The notes under the pieces were generated by a model. The model saw only the letters and a program-made list of their open reading frames with translations, did no database searches and was not told the origin of the DNA. A stretch of 64,000 bases of DNA from positions 25,010 through 89,009 of the forward strand of contig JACRBQ010000036.1 in the NCBI GenBank assembly GCA_016213135.1. Reading direction: 5' to 3'. Below are positions 1 through 9,066 of the stretch, piece after piece. The stretch comes from Chloroflexota bacterium (GTDB lineage Bacteria > Chloroflexota > Anaerolineae > Anaerolineales > VGOW01). The first letter of the stretch is position 1, and every line of letters starts with the position of its first letter. The position numbers and the translations under genes are program-made.

Positions 1-2110
1 GCCTCCCTCACCCCTTTCTAGTCTCCAATCCGACTTCGTCGCCTTCGCCGCTACTCACCCCGGCATATTCCAGACACGCTACATTGACGCGACCGGCATG
101 GAGGTCGTACGCGTGGACTCTGCCTCGGGCAATATCGAAATCGTCCCGGCCCACCGTTTGCAAAACAAAGCTGACCGCTATTACTTCTCGGTCACCCTGT
201 CATTGGCAGCGGGCGAGGTGTACATCTCACCGGTAGATTTGAACCGCGAGTTCGGCCTTATCCCAACCCCGCACGTCCCCACCATCCGCTATGCCACGCC
301 CGTGTTTCATCCTAATGGCTCACAGGCAGGCATCGTTGTCCTCAATTTGTATGCCGGGCCTTTTCTGCGCTTCGCCCGCGCCGACGGCGATTCGGATGCG
401 TTGCTCGCACTGGTAGATGAATCCGGCTACTATCTTGCTCATCCCGATCCGGCGCGGTTGTGGGGCGGTCTGAGTGATTTGAACACCGGACTCGGCGCAT
501 CCGCCGATTACCCACAGGGCTGGCCGGAAATTGTGCGCCAACCCTCCGGCGTCTTTTCACCCCCGGCGGAGAACTGGCTGATGGCAATCTTCGATGAAGT
601 CCTGCCCGTCGGGCTGTTCGCCGGAGAGAGTCAACAGGCGCGCCGGGTGCTGGTGCATGAAACCGTACAGCCTGACGGCGAGAGCGGCCCGCGCTGGATC
701 CTCCTGCACGACGAGCCGCGTGTGAACCTGCTGGCCTCCGTCTGGGCGTTTCGTCTCACCGCCATCACCATCCTCACTGCCGCCGCCCTCGCCGCCCTGG
801 TGATGGCCGTGGGTCTCGCGCGCAGCCTCACCGCGCCCATCCTCGCCCTCACCGACGATGTGCGCCGCTTCGGACAGGACAGACTGGCCCGACGTCCGTC
901 ACAGAACGCGCCAGCCAAGGCGCGGGACGAAATCGGCGAATTGACGGCGGCCTTCACCGAAATGTCGGCGGCGCTGAATCAACACCTCGAACAACTCTCC
1001 CTGCTCAACCGCGCCGGGCATCACATCACCGCCCGCCTCGAGCGCCCCGCCGTGCTGGAGGCCGCCGGCCGCGCCGCGACGACGCTCCTGCCGGCGGAGC
1101 ATTGCGCCATTCAATTCGAGTCCGAGGGCGGCGCAATGATGAACCATGCCGCCGGCGACGCGCGCTGGGCCGCTCACCGCTCCGACCCGGCGCTGACGGC
1201 TCTCTTGAACGCGGCGCTTGCCGACGGCGAGTGGCGCACGGCGGCCTTGCCCGGCGGCGCGCTTATCCCCTCCGGCTACTTGTGCGCCGCGCCGCTGTGC
1301 GTGAGCGGGCGGCCCGGCCTCATTGAACTCTACGGGCCTGACCCGGCGCTGGCCGACTCAACCAGCGGCAACCTGCTGGCGGCTCTTAGCGTGCAAATCT
1401 CCATCGCCCTCGAAAACGCCGAACTCTACGAGCAGTTGGCCGAGCGCCGCGCCGAACTACAAACGCTTGTCGAACAACTCATCAACGCGCAAGAAGAGGA
1501 GCGCCGCCTCGTTGCTTACGACATTCACGACGGGCTGATTCAAATGCTCGTCGGCGCGCGTCTGCAACTCAACAATGCCATTGCCGACCACGAACGGGAA
1601 CGCGGGCGAGCGGAGACGGCCCTGAGAAAAGGGTTCGACGAACTGGCCGCCGCCATCGCCGAGGCCCGCCGCGTCATCGAGGGCTTGCGCCCGGCCGCCC
1701 TCGACGACCTCGGCCTGGTGACTACCCTCCGCCAGTTCGCCGAAGACAATCAGGCCGACTGCGATTGCGAACTTGATTTCACGGCCAGCCCGCCCGACTT
1801 GCGCCTGCCGCCGCCGGTAGAAACCACCGCCTTCCGCATCGCGCAAGAAGCGATTACCAACGCCCGCAAGTACGCGGAAACCAGACGCCTGCAGGTGGCC
1901 CTCACCCTTGACGACGGCGCGCTCAAGATTGAAGTGCGCGACTGGGGGCGCGGCTTCGATTTTTCTGCCATTTCCGAAGGCCGGGGCGTGGGTCTGATTG
2001 GGATGCGCGAGCGCGCGCGTTTGCTCGGCGGCGAATGCCTCATCGAAAGCATACCCGGCGCGGGCACGACCGTGCGGGCCACGCTGCCGCTACCAACCAC
2101 TGACCACTGA
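1..2110 (+). CDS. Sensor histidine kinase, NarL-partner type (sensor region, TM, HAMP, GAF-like, HisKA_3, HATPase_c); 5' end runs off the window
   Basis: Frame stays open to base 2 (SDFVAFAATHPGIFQTRYIDATG precedes the first Met at 98). TM stretch ITILTAAALAALVMAVGL. H-box YDIHDGLIQ. C-terminal ATPase blocks (RDWGRGF, GVGLIGMRER). Confidence 0.85.
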   Translation, partial: PPSPLSSLQSDFVAFAATHPGIFQTRYIDATGMEVVRVDSASGNIEIVPAHRLQNKADRYYFSVTLSLAAGEVYISPVDLNREFGLIPTPHVPTIRYATPVFHPNGSQAGIVVLNLYAGPFLRFARADGDSDALLALVDESGYYLAHPDPARLWGGLSDLNTGLGASADYPQGWPEIVRQPSGVFSPPAENWLMAIFDEVLPVGLFAGESQQARRVLVHETVQPDGESGPRWILLHDEPRVNLLASVWAFRLTAITILTAAALAALVMAVGLARSLTAPILALTDDVRRFGQDRLARRPSQNAPAKARDEIGELTAAFTEMSAALNQHLEQLSLLNRAGHHITARLERPAVLEAAGRAATTLLPAEHCAIQFESEGGAMMNHAAGDARWAAHRSDPALTALLNAALADGEWRTAALPGGALIPSGYLCAAPLCVSGRPGLIELYGPDPALADSTSGNLLAALSVQISIALENAELYEQLAERRAELQTLVEQLINAQEEERRLVAYDIHDGLIQMLVGARLQLNNAIADHERERGRAETALRKGFDELAAAIAEARRVIEGLRPAALDDLGLVTTLRQFAEDNQADCDCELDFTASPPDLRLPPPVETTAFRIAQEAITNARKYAETRRLQVALTLDDGALKIEVRDWGRGFDFSAISEGRGVGLIGMRERARLLGGECLIESIPGAGTTVRATLPLPTTDH

Positions 2111-2146
2111 TCACTATTCACTGATTACTGTTCACTTTTCACTGCC

Positions 2147-2803
2147 ATGACCGACTCCATCACCGTCCTCATCGCCGACGATCACGGCGTGGTGCGCGAG
2201 GGCTTGCGCGCCATGCTGGAGCGCGAGGGCCTGCGCGTGGTGGGCGAAGCGCGCACCGGGCGCGAAGCCATCGCGCTGGCCGAATCGCTCTCACCCAAAG
2301 TTGTGCTGCTCGATATCCGCATGCCCGATCTCGACGGCCTGCAAGCTCTGGCCGCCATCAAAGCCGCGCGCCCGGAGACGAGCGTCATCATGCTCACCTC
2401 GCACGCCAATCCGGGTTACCTCGCCCGCGCCGTGGCGCACGGGGCCGCCGGCTTCCTCTCCAAAGAAGTTGACCCGGAACGAATCCCCGCCGCCGTGCGC
2501 GCCGCCGCCGCCGGCGACCACCTCCTCGACGCGGCGCTCCTGCGCGCTGCCCTCGCCTCCGCCGCCACTGAAACTCCCCTCACGCCCGAACCGGAGACGC
2601 TGGCCACTGACCGCCTCACCGGATCCGAAACGCGCGTCCTGCGCCTGCTGGCCGAAGGGCTGGACAACGAAATGATCGCCAGCGCCCTCAACCTGAGCGT
2701 CAACACCGTCAAGACCCACATCCGCCACATCTTCGAGAAGCTCAACGTCTCCGACCGGACGCAGGCCGCCTTGTGGGCGGTGAGGCACGGAGTAAATCGC
2801 TGA
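2147..2803 (+). CDS. Response regulator, NarL/LuxR family (REC + LuxR HTH)
   Basis: REC motifs (LIADDH, LLDIRMPDLDG, MLTSH) plus LuxR-type HTH (LTGSETRVLRLLAEGLDNEMIA, VKTHIRHIFEKL). Lies 36 nt after the kinase. Confidence 0.9.
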   Translation: MTDSITVLIADDHGVVREGLRAMLEREGLRVVGEARTGREAIALAESLSPKVVLLDIRMPDLDGLQALAAIKAARPETSVIMLTSHANPGYLARAVAHGAAGFLSKEVDPERIPAAVRAAAAGDHLLDAALLRAALASAATETPLTPEPETLATDRLTGSETRVLRLLAEGLDNEMIASALNLSVNTVKTHIRHIFEKLNVSDRTQAALWAVRHGVNR

Positions 2804-2849
2804 AACGCTGAAGGCGCTGAGGTCGCTGACTCAGCGCCTTCAGTGTTTC
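2802..2849 (+). terminator. Long stem-loop immediately after the response-regulator stop (no clear U-tract)
   Basis: GAAACGCTGAAGGCGCTGAG (2802-2821) pairs with CTCAGCGCCTTCAGTGTTTC (2830-2849). 20 bp with one G-U pair and an 8-nt loop. Confidence 0.5.
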
Positions 2850-2965
2850 AGCGATTCACCCTCCCGGATGATGCTTTTCACCCCATAGCATGACGCGCGG
2901 GGCGCGCCTCTGACGCAAAATGAGAACAGGCTTAATCCTACTCTCATTGCTCGGAGGCCAGCCCT

Positions 2966-4471
2966 ATGCGTCTCACATTCAATTGGACATTGCCTGCCCT
3001 GGCATTGGCCTTGCTCTTTCTTGGCCTGACGCTCGGTGGGCAAACCCCCGCCGCCCGCGGCGCGCCCCCACTGCAAGCCACGCCCGACCCGGCCACGACC
3101 GCCGCTTTCGCCAAAGCCGGCTGCGCCGGATGCCATACCCTCCCCGGCGTCCCCAACGCTGTCGGCCTCGTCGGCCCCAACCTCGCCAAGATTGGCGCGG
3201 AGGCCGCCGGCCGCAAAGCGGGGATGGGCGCGGAAGATTACGTCCGCGAATCGATTCTCGACCCGGCGGCCTTTCTCGCGCCGCAATGCCCCAACGGCCC
3301 CTGCCCGGCGGGCGTGATGCCGCCCAACTTCGGCGAGCGATTGAGCGAAGGCGATATTGACCTGATTGTGGCTTACTTGCTCACCCTCACCGGCGAGGCC
3401 GAAGTCCTCCCTGTTCCCACCTACGTCCTCACCCCCGTCGCCATCATCCGCCCGCCCGAAACGGCTGGCACGCCCTTCGCTGAACCGCCCAAGAAGTTCG
3501 ACAACGACGCCGAAGTGTTGCTTGGCAAATATCTCTTCTTCGATGCACGCCTCTCGGCGGATGCTTCGCTCAGTTGCGCCTCGTGCCATCAGCCCGACAG
3601 GGCGTGGACGGACGGCAAAACATTGAGTGACGGCTACCCCGGCACGCTCTACTTCCGCAATACGCCCACGCTCTACAACATGGTCTACGCCCCCTATGCC
3701 TATTGGGACGGGCGGTTGGAGGGCGTGAACGACATGGGCACGGTCGTTCGCGACCACATCACCGAAGCGCACTTCTATCAGGCCGACGGGCGGCTCCTCG
3801 TCGAGCGGCTCAAGCAAGTGCCGGAATACGCGCAACTGTTCAACGACGCTTACGAGAAAGGACCAAGCTTCGGTCGGATGCTGAACGCGGTTTCGGCTTA
3901 CGTGCTCTCGCTTAACTCCGGCGCGAGCGCGTATGACCGGTATCTGGCTGGAGACACCACGGCGCTGTCAGCGGACGCGCAGGCGGGCCTCGTCCTCTTC
4001 GAGGGCAAGGCCGGTTGCGCCGCCTGCCACTCCGGCCCGGCATTCTCCGACTACAACTTCTACGCCCTCGGCGCGCCGGAGAACCCGGACATCTTCAGCG
4101 ACCCACTGCGGCACATCACCTTCCGCCGCTTCTTCCGCACCCTCGGCCTGCCCAACTATCGCAATACCTTTAAAGATGTGGGCCTGATGGCCCTCACCGA
4201 AGACGAGGCCGACCGGGGCGCGTTCCGCACCGCGCCCCTGCGCGAAGCGGCCTTCACCGCGCCCTACATGCACAACGGCATGTTCGCCACGCTCGAAAAT
4301 GTGGTGCGCTTCTACAACACCGGCACGGCGGCCACACCGCCGCTCGACCTGAGCGACGCCGAAATCGCGCAGCTTGTCGCTTTCCTCGAAAGCCTGAGCA
4401 GTGAACAGCCACAAGTCGAAGCGCCGACTCTACCGGGCTACCAAATTCGTACGCTGGGAGAGAACCAATGA
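2966..4471 (+). CDS. Cytochrome c peroxidase/MauG-family protein with an extra N-terminal mono-haem cytochrome c domain (tri-haem; IdrP-like candidate)
   Basis: Signal peptide (LPALALALLFLGLTLG). Three CxxCH motifs (CAGCH, CASCH, CAACH). CCP-family blocks (LGKYLFFDARLS, FRTAPLREAAFTAPYMHNG). Stop overlaps the next start (ATGA at 4468-4471). Confidence 0.85.
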   Translation: MRLTFNWTLPALALALLFLGLTLGGQTPAARGAPPLQATPDPATTAAFAKAGCAGCHTLPGVPNAVGLVGPNLAKIGAEAAGRKAGMGAEDYVRESILDPAAFLAPQCPNGPCPAGVMPPNFGERLSEGDIDLIVAYLLTLTGEAEVLPVPTYVLTPVAIIRPPETAGTPFAEPPKKFDNDAEVLLGKYLFFDARLSADASLSCASCHQPDRAWTDGKTLSDGYPGTLYFRNTPTLYNMVYAPYAYWDGRLEGVNDMGTVVRDHITEAHFYQADGRLLVERLKQVPEYAQLFNDAYEKGPSFGRMLNAVSAYVLSLNSGASAYDRYLAGDTTALSADAQAGLVLFEGKAGCAACHSGPAFSDYNFYALGAPENPDIFSDPLRHITFRRFFRTLGLPNYRNTFKDVGLMALTEDEADRGAFRTAPLREAAFTAPYMHNGMFATLENVVRFYNTGTAATPPLDLSDAEIAQLVAFLESLSSEQPQVEAPTLPGYQIRTLGENQ

Positions 4472-5733
4472 CCACCTCACCAACCCCTCCCAAGACCCCG
4501 TGGGATCAACAGCCGATTACAAACCGTGACATCGCCTTCATGTTCGGCGGCGCGGTGGTGTTCGTCCTCATTATCTCCATCGGGATTTTGCTGTTCGCGC
4601 GCAACACAGCCAATCCGGCTCCCACAACCGTAGCCTTTGCCACGCCAGCGAGCACACCCGCGCCAGCCGCACCGAGCTATCCACCGCTGGCCGCGCTCCC
4701 ACCCGCGCCCTTTCCGCTCGACAATCCGTATTCGGACGCGAAGGCAGAACTGGGCAAACTCCTGTACTTCGACCCGCGCATGTCGGGCGACGGCAGCACC
4801 TCGTGCAACAGTTGCCATCCGGCCAACGACGGCAGTTGGGCCATCGCCAGTCCCATCTCCTTTGGCTACCCCGGCACGACGCACTGGCGCAACTCGCAGA
4901 CCATCATCAACGCCGCGTATTACACTAAACTGAACTGGGACGGCTCGGCCACCAGCATCGAGAAGCAGAACAACGGCGCGTGGACGGGCACGGTGGCCGG
5001 CAACCTCGACACGACAATGGCCGAAGAGCGGCTGGCCCAAATCCCCGAATACGCGCGGCTGTTCAAAGAAGTGTTCGGCACAGACTACCCGCTTTACGGC
5101 GACGCCCTCAAAGCGGTTGCCACCTTCCAGCGCACCATCGTCTCGCAGAATGTCCCGTTCGACGCCTACCTCAACGGCGATGCCAGCGCCATTACGGATG
5201 AAGCCAAACAGGGCTATGACCTGTTCACCGGCAAGGCCAACTGCATCGCCTGCCACAACGGGCCGCTGACGAGCGACAACTCATTCCACAACACCGGCGT
5301 GCCAACCGCCCCCGACTTCCAGACCAACCCCCTGCGGCAAATCACCGCTCGCTGGCAATACTGGAATCGCGGCGTGCCTGAAGATGAATACGCCACCATG
5401 AACGCCGACCTCGGCCTGTATTACATCACCTATCTGGAAAGCGACAAAGGCAAGTTCCGCACGCCCTCTCTGCGCGACACGTGCTATACCGCGCCCTACA
5501 TGCACACCGGCGCATTTGCGACCCTGGAGGAGGTGGTGGCCTTCTACAACGCCGGCGGCGGCGACGACCCCAACAAAGACTCCTTGCTCCAGCCGCTCAA
5601 CCTCACCGAACAAGAACAAGCCAATCTCGCGGCGTTCATGCAGAGCCTGTGCGGCGACAAGATTATTGTGGAAGCGCCGGAACTACCCGCCTACGAAGTC
5701 TGGCCCAGCGTGACATTTGGAGGTTCCCGATGA
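4468..5733 (+). CDS. Di-haem cytochrome c peroxidase/MauG-family protein with N-terminal membrane anchor (IdrP-like candidate)
   Basis: TM helix FMFGGAVVFVLIISIGILLF. CNSCH and CIACH motifs. FRTPSLRDTCYTAPYMHTG block. 4-nt overlaps with both neighbours. Confidence 0.85.
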   Translation: MTTSPTPPKTPWDQQPITNRDIAFMFGGAVVFVLIISIGILLFARNTANPAPTTVAFATPASTPAPAAPSYPPLAALPPAPFPLDNPYSDAKAELGKLLYFDPRMSGDGSTSCNSCHPANDGSWAIASPISFGYPGTTHWRNSQTIINAAYYTKLNWDGSATSIEKQNNGAWTGTVAGNLDTTMAEERLAQIPEYARLFKEVFGTDYPLYGDALKAVATFQRTIVSQNVPFDAYLNGDASAITDEAKQGYDLFTGKANCIACHNGPLTSDNSFHNTGVPTAPDFQTNPLRQITARWQYWNRGVPEDEYATMNADLGLYYITYLESDKGKFRTPSLRDTCYTAPYMHTGAFATLEEVVAFYNAGGGDDPNKDSLLQPLNLTEQEQANLAAFMQSLCGDKIIVEAPELPAYEVWPSVTFGGSR

Positions 5734-6284
5734 CGACCAACGCTTGCGACCCTAAAGCGACCCTCACCCGCCGCCAGTTTCTCTTCCTCAGCGGCGCGGC
5801 GCTCGTCACTCTCGCCACGCCCAAATTCCTGCAAGGTGTGCCCGGCGCAGAAGCCTTGAGCCTGCAACAAGCCGGTTACCCACGCACAAAGGTCGGGCAA
5901 CTCAGCGCCCTGAAAGCCGGCCAGCCTGTTGCGTTCCAATATCCCTTTGACCATCCCAACTGCGCGAACTTCATTTACAAGCTGGGCGTCCCGGCGGCGG
6001 GCGGCATCGGCCCGGCGCAGGATGTGGTGGCATTCAACAGCCTGTGCCCGCACCAGGGCGGCCCCTTGAGCGGACGGCTCAACACCGAGCATCAAGTCCT
6101 CGGCCCGTGCCCGTTACACCTCAGCACCTTCGACCTCACCCGGCACGGCATGGTCATCAGCGGCCACGCCACCGAGGGCCTGCCCCAAATCGTCCTCGAA
6201 CTGAGCGGCGACGACATCTATGCGACCGGCGTGATGGGGCTGGTGTACGGCTTCCACAACAATCTGGCAGAGCCAAATGGCTAA
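5730..6284 (+). CDS. Tat-exported Rieske [2Fe-2S] small subunit of the AioB/IdrB type
   Basis: Twin-arginine signal TLTRRQFLFLSGAAL. Rieske ligands CPHQGGPL and CPLHLSTF. ATG 5730 overlaps the upstream TGA (5731-5733). The track ORF 5481-6284 carries a spurious N-terminal extension. Confidence 0.85.
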   Translation: MTTNACDPKATLTRRQFLFLSGAALVTLATPKFLQGVPGAEALSLQQAGYPRTKVGQLSALKAGQPVAFQYPFDHPNCANFIYKLGVPAAGGIGPAQDVVAFNSLCPHQGGPLSGRLNTEHQVLGPCPLHLSTFDLTRHGMVISGHATEGLPQIVLELSGDDIYATGVMGLVYGFHNNLAEPNG

Positions 6285-6372
6285 TCGCGTATCGCGTATT
6301 GCCTATCGCGTGTTGCCTTACGGCCATTTGCGATAAGCCATCAGCGATAAGCGAGATGCTGGAGAAACAACC

Positions 6373-9015
6373 ATGACTCAATACACTCCTCAAGACAAAG
6401 TTCCCCTGCCCCCGGCAGATGCGAAGGTGTTCACCACCGCCTGCGATTACTGCATCGTGGCCTGCGGCTACAAAGCCTATGTGTGGCCCGAAGGCACAGA
6501 AGGCGGGCCGAAGGCAAATGAAAACGCGCTCGGCCTCAACTTCCCCACCGGCGTCCTCGGCGGCTGGGTCAGCCCCAACCAGCACAATATCGTCAGCGTG
6601 GACGGGCGACCGCATCACGCCGTCGTCGTTCCCGACTTTCAATCCACCGTCGTCAACAAAGGCGGCAACCACTCCATTCGCGGCGGCACGCTGGCCCTCA
6701 AGTGCTACAACGCCAACGGGCCGACGAAAGACCGATTGCAATATCCGCAGATTCGAGTCAACGGCAAGCTGACGCCCGTGGACTGGGACACCGCCCTCGA
6801 AGTGATGGCCGCCGTGAGCAAGCATGTGCTGGAGAAGTATGGCGAGTCGGCCTGGGCGATGAAGACGTACTCCTACGAATTTTGGGAGAACACCTACGCC
6901 ATCACCAAGCTTGCCTTCGGCGCGATTGGCACGCCCGCATTCTCAGTGCACGACAAGCCCAGCATGGGCAGTGACACGGGCGGCGTGGACGACGCCGGCA
7001 TCATCACCTTCAGCGCCTCGTATCAGGACTGGGCCGAGGCCGATGTGCTCTTCATCTCCGGCACCGACCCGTTCGAGACCAAGACCATCGTCTTCACGTC
7101 GTGGATCATGGGCGGGCCGAAACTGATTTACGCCCTGCCGCGCCGCACGGCGGGCGTGGCCTACGCCGAGGCCAACGGCGGCCTGTTCCTGCAAGTCACC
7201 CCCGGCACCGACACCCTCCTGCACCTCGCCATCAATCGCATTATTCTGGAGAACGGCTGGGAGGACAAAGAGTTCGTCGAAAAGTGGATCGCCAGTTCGT
7301 GGGACGTGGACGCAGGAATGGGGCGCGGCCCGCGCAACACGCCCTGGCAGTGGCGCACTACCTGGGGCCAGTTCAGCGCCGACTATGAAAGTTACAAGAA
7401 GTGGCTGTTGGAATACGAACCGGCCCAACTGGAGAACGCCGCCAAAGTCACCGGCGTGCCTACCGAAAAGATTCGCCAGGCCGCCGAGATGCTCACCGGC
7501 GCAGGTAGCTCACGTCCCAAAGCCTCCTTCGCCTTCGAGAAGGGCAACTACTGGAGCAACAACTACCTCAACACTGCCTCGTTTGCGGCGATGGGTTTGC
7601 TGTGCGGCGCGGGCAACCGCCCCGGCCAGGTCATCAGCCGCATGGGCGGCCACCAGCGCGGCTGGATGGGTGGGCCCGGCTACCCGATGGATAAGTCGCC
7701 GGAGAAATTGCCGGGCCGCCGCAAAATCCAACTCGACCTCGACCGCTGGACGGCGGCGGGCAACGTCCGCTTCGTGTGGGTCGTCGGCACCACCTGGACG
7801 GCGGCCATGGCCGCGAGTCAGGAACTCGCCAACTCGTTCCGCAAACTCACCGTCGAGAATCCGAATCAAATCAAGTCCACGAACAAGCAGGACATCATCA
7901 ACGCCCTCATCGCCCGTGTGGACAGCGGCGGCATGGTGGTGGTGGACTCCGACATTTACCCGGTGGAGCCGATCAACACCGAATTCGCCGACATCGTTCT
8001 GCCCGCCGCCGCGTGGGGCGAGCACGACGCGACCCGCGCCAACGGCGAGCGCCGCCTGCGGCTCTACAGCAAATTCTACGACCCGCCCGGCGAAGCCAAG
8101 CCCGACTGGTGGGCCATTGCCAAGTTTGCGAAGAAGATGGGCTTTAGCGGCTGGGACTGGGAAAACGACAACGACGTGTTCGAGGAAGCCGCGCGCTTCA
8201 GCCGGGGCGGCGTGCTGGATTACTACGCGCTGGTGTGGTATGCGCGCAACAACGGCCTCAGAGGCCACGAAGTTCTGCGCGAACTTGGCACGCAGGGCAT
8301 CCAGACTCCTATCCGCTGGGTGAACGGCAAGATGGAAGGCACCGCGCGCCTGCACGACTCGACTCTGCAACTCGACTCACCTCAAGGCCCCACCGTCCAC
8401 GCCAAATGGCTGACGCACTTCGACTCGCATTCCGGCAAAGCGTTACTGCTGAAAAGCCCGTGGGAATTGTGGAGTGACTTTTACGAGCGCGTCACGCCCG
8501 ACCCGGCCAAAGGCGAATTCTGGCTGAGCACCGGGCGCATCAACGAAATCTGGCAGTCGGCGTTTGACGACGTGCGCAAGCCGTACATCAAACAACGTTG
8601 GCCGGATACGTGGGTGGAGATTCACCCCGACGACGCGGCGCAGTACGGCATCGAGTCCGGCGATGTGGTGCGGATGTTCAGCGACGACATTCAGGTACAG
8701 ACCGGCGGCTGGGTGCGGGTGAAAGGCTACAAGTTCACCGATTTGGTCAAAGCCGGACACATCCAGTCGGGCAAGGGCGAAGCTATTGCCGTCGCCATCG
8801 TCTCCGAGGACGTGCGGCCCGGGGCGCTGTTCACCAACTTTCTGCACCCGGCCAGCCCGGCCAACTCGCTCGTCCACCGCGTGCCCGATCCGTTCGCCAA
8901 CGTCCACCGCTTCAAGCTGGGCAAGGCGCAGATCGAGAAGATCGGCGAGTCGCCGTACAAGAAATCGTTGGATGAAATGACGTTCAAGCCGCGCACCGTC
9001 ACATTTACCGGATAA
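6373..9015 (+). CDS. Molybdopterin (bis-MGD) oxidoreductase large subunit of the arsenite-oxidase/iodate-reductase (AioA/IdrA) family
   Basis: N-terminus VPLPPADAK...CDYCIVACGY (Cx2Cx3C, the 3Fe-4S motif of AioA-type subunits). RMGGHQRGW block. 880 aa. Follows the Rieske gene as in aioBA. Confidence 0.8.
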   Translation: MTQYTPQDKVPLPPADAKVFTTACDYCIVACGYKAYVWPEGTEGGPKANENALGLNFPTGVLGGWVSPNQHNIVSVDGRPHHAVVVPDFQSTVVNKGGNHSIRGGTLALKCYNANGPTKDRLQYPQIRVNGKLTPVDWDTALEVMAAVSKHVLEKYGESAWAMKTYSYEFWENTYAITKLAFGAIGTPAFSVHDKPSMGSDTGGVDDAGIITFSASYQDWAEADVLFISGTDPFETKTIVFTSWIMGGPKLIYALPRRTAGVAYAEANGGLFLQVTPGTDTLLHLAINRIILENGWEDKEFVEKWIASSWDVDAGMGRGPRNTPWQWRTTWGQFSADYESYKKWLLEYEPAQLENAAKVTGVPTEKIRQAAEMLTGAGSSRPKASFAFEKGNYWSNNYLNTASFAAMGLLCGAGNRPGQVISRMGGHQRGWMGGPGYPMDKSPEKLPGRRKIQLDLDRWTAAGNVRFVWVVGTTWTAAMAASQELANSFRKLTVENPNQIKSTNKQDIINALIARVDSGGMVVVDSDIYPVEPINTEFADIVLPAAAWGEHDATRANGERRLRLYSKFYDPPGEAKPDWWAIAKFAKKMGFSGWDWENDNDVFEEAARFSRGGVLDYYALVWYARNNGLRGHEVLRELGTQGIQTPIRWVNGKMEGTARLHDSTLQLDSPQGPTVHAKWLTHFDSHSGKALLLKSPWELWSDFYERVTPDPAKGEFWLSTGRINEIWQSAFDDVRKPYIKQRWPDTWVEIHPDDAAQYGIESGDVVRMFSDDIQVQTGGWVRVKGYKFTDLVKAGHIQSGKGEAIAVAIVSEDVRPGALFTNFLHPASPANSLVHRVPDPFANVHRFKLGKAQIEKIGESPYKKSLDEMTFKPRTVTFTG

Positions 9016-9066
9016 CAGGCGGCAAAGATTGTCGCTTAAACCCGAAGGGTCTTGCTGGCACAAACC

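Noticed and set aside
2919-2948. Inverted repeat AATGAGA-N16-TCTCATT upstream of the first peroxidase gene as a NarL-type regulator site
   Set aside because: It is short and AT-poor in context, I could recognise no match to a known heptamer consensus, and it is a single occurrence. Noted only as a place to look if the upstream two-component system is tested.
6373-9015. Calling the molybdoenzyme a bona fide arsenite oxidase (aioA)
   Set aside because: Not rejected outright, but not adopted. The family assignment is solid. However, the two adjacent cytochrome c peroxidase genes and the absence of ars/aioXSR genes fit the iodate-reductase context better. Only phylogeny and active-site analysis can decide, so no gene symbol is given.
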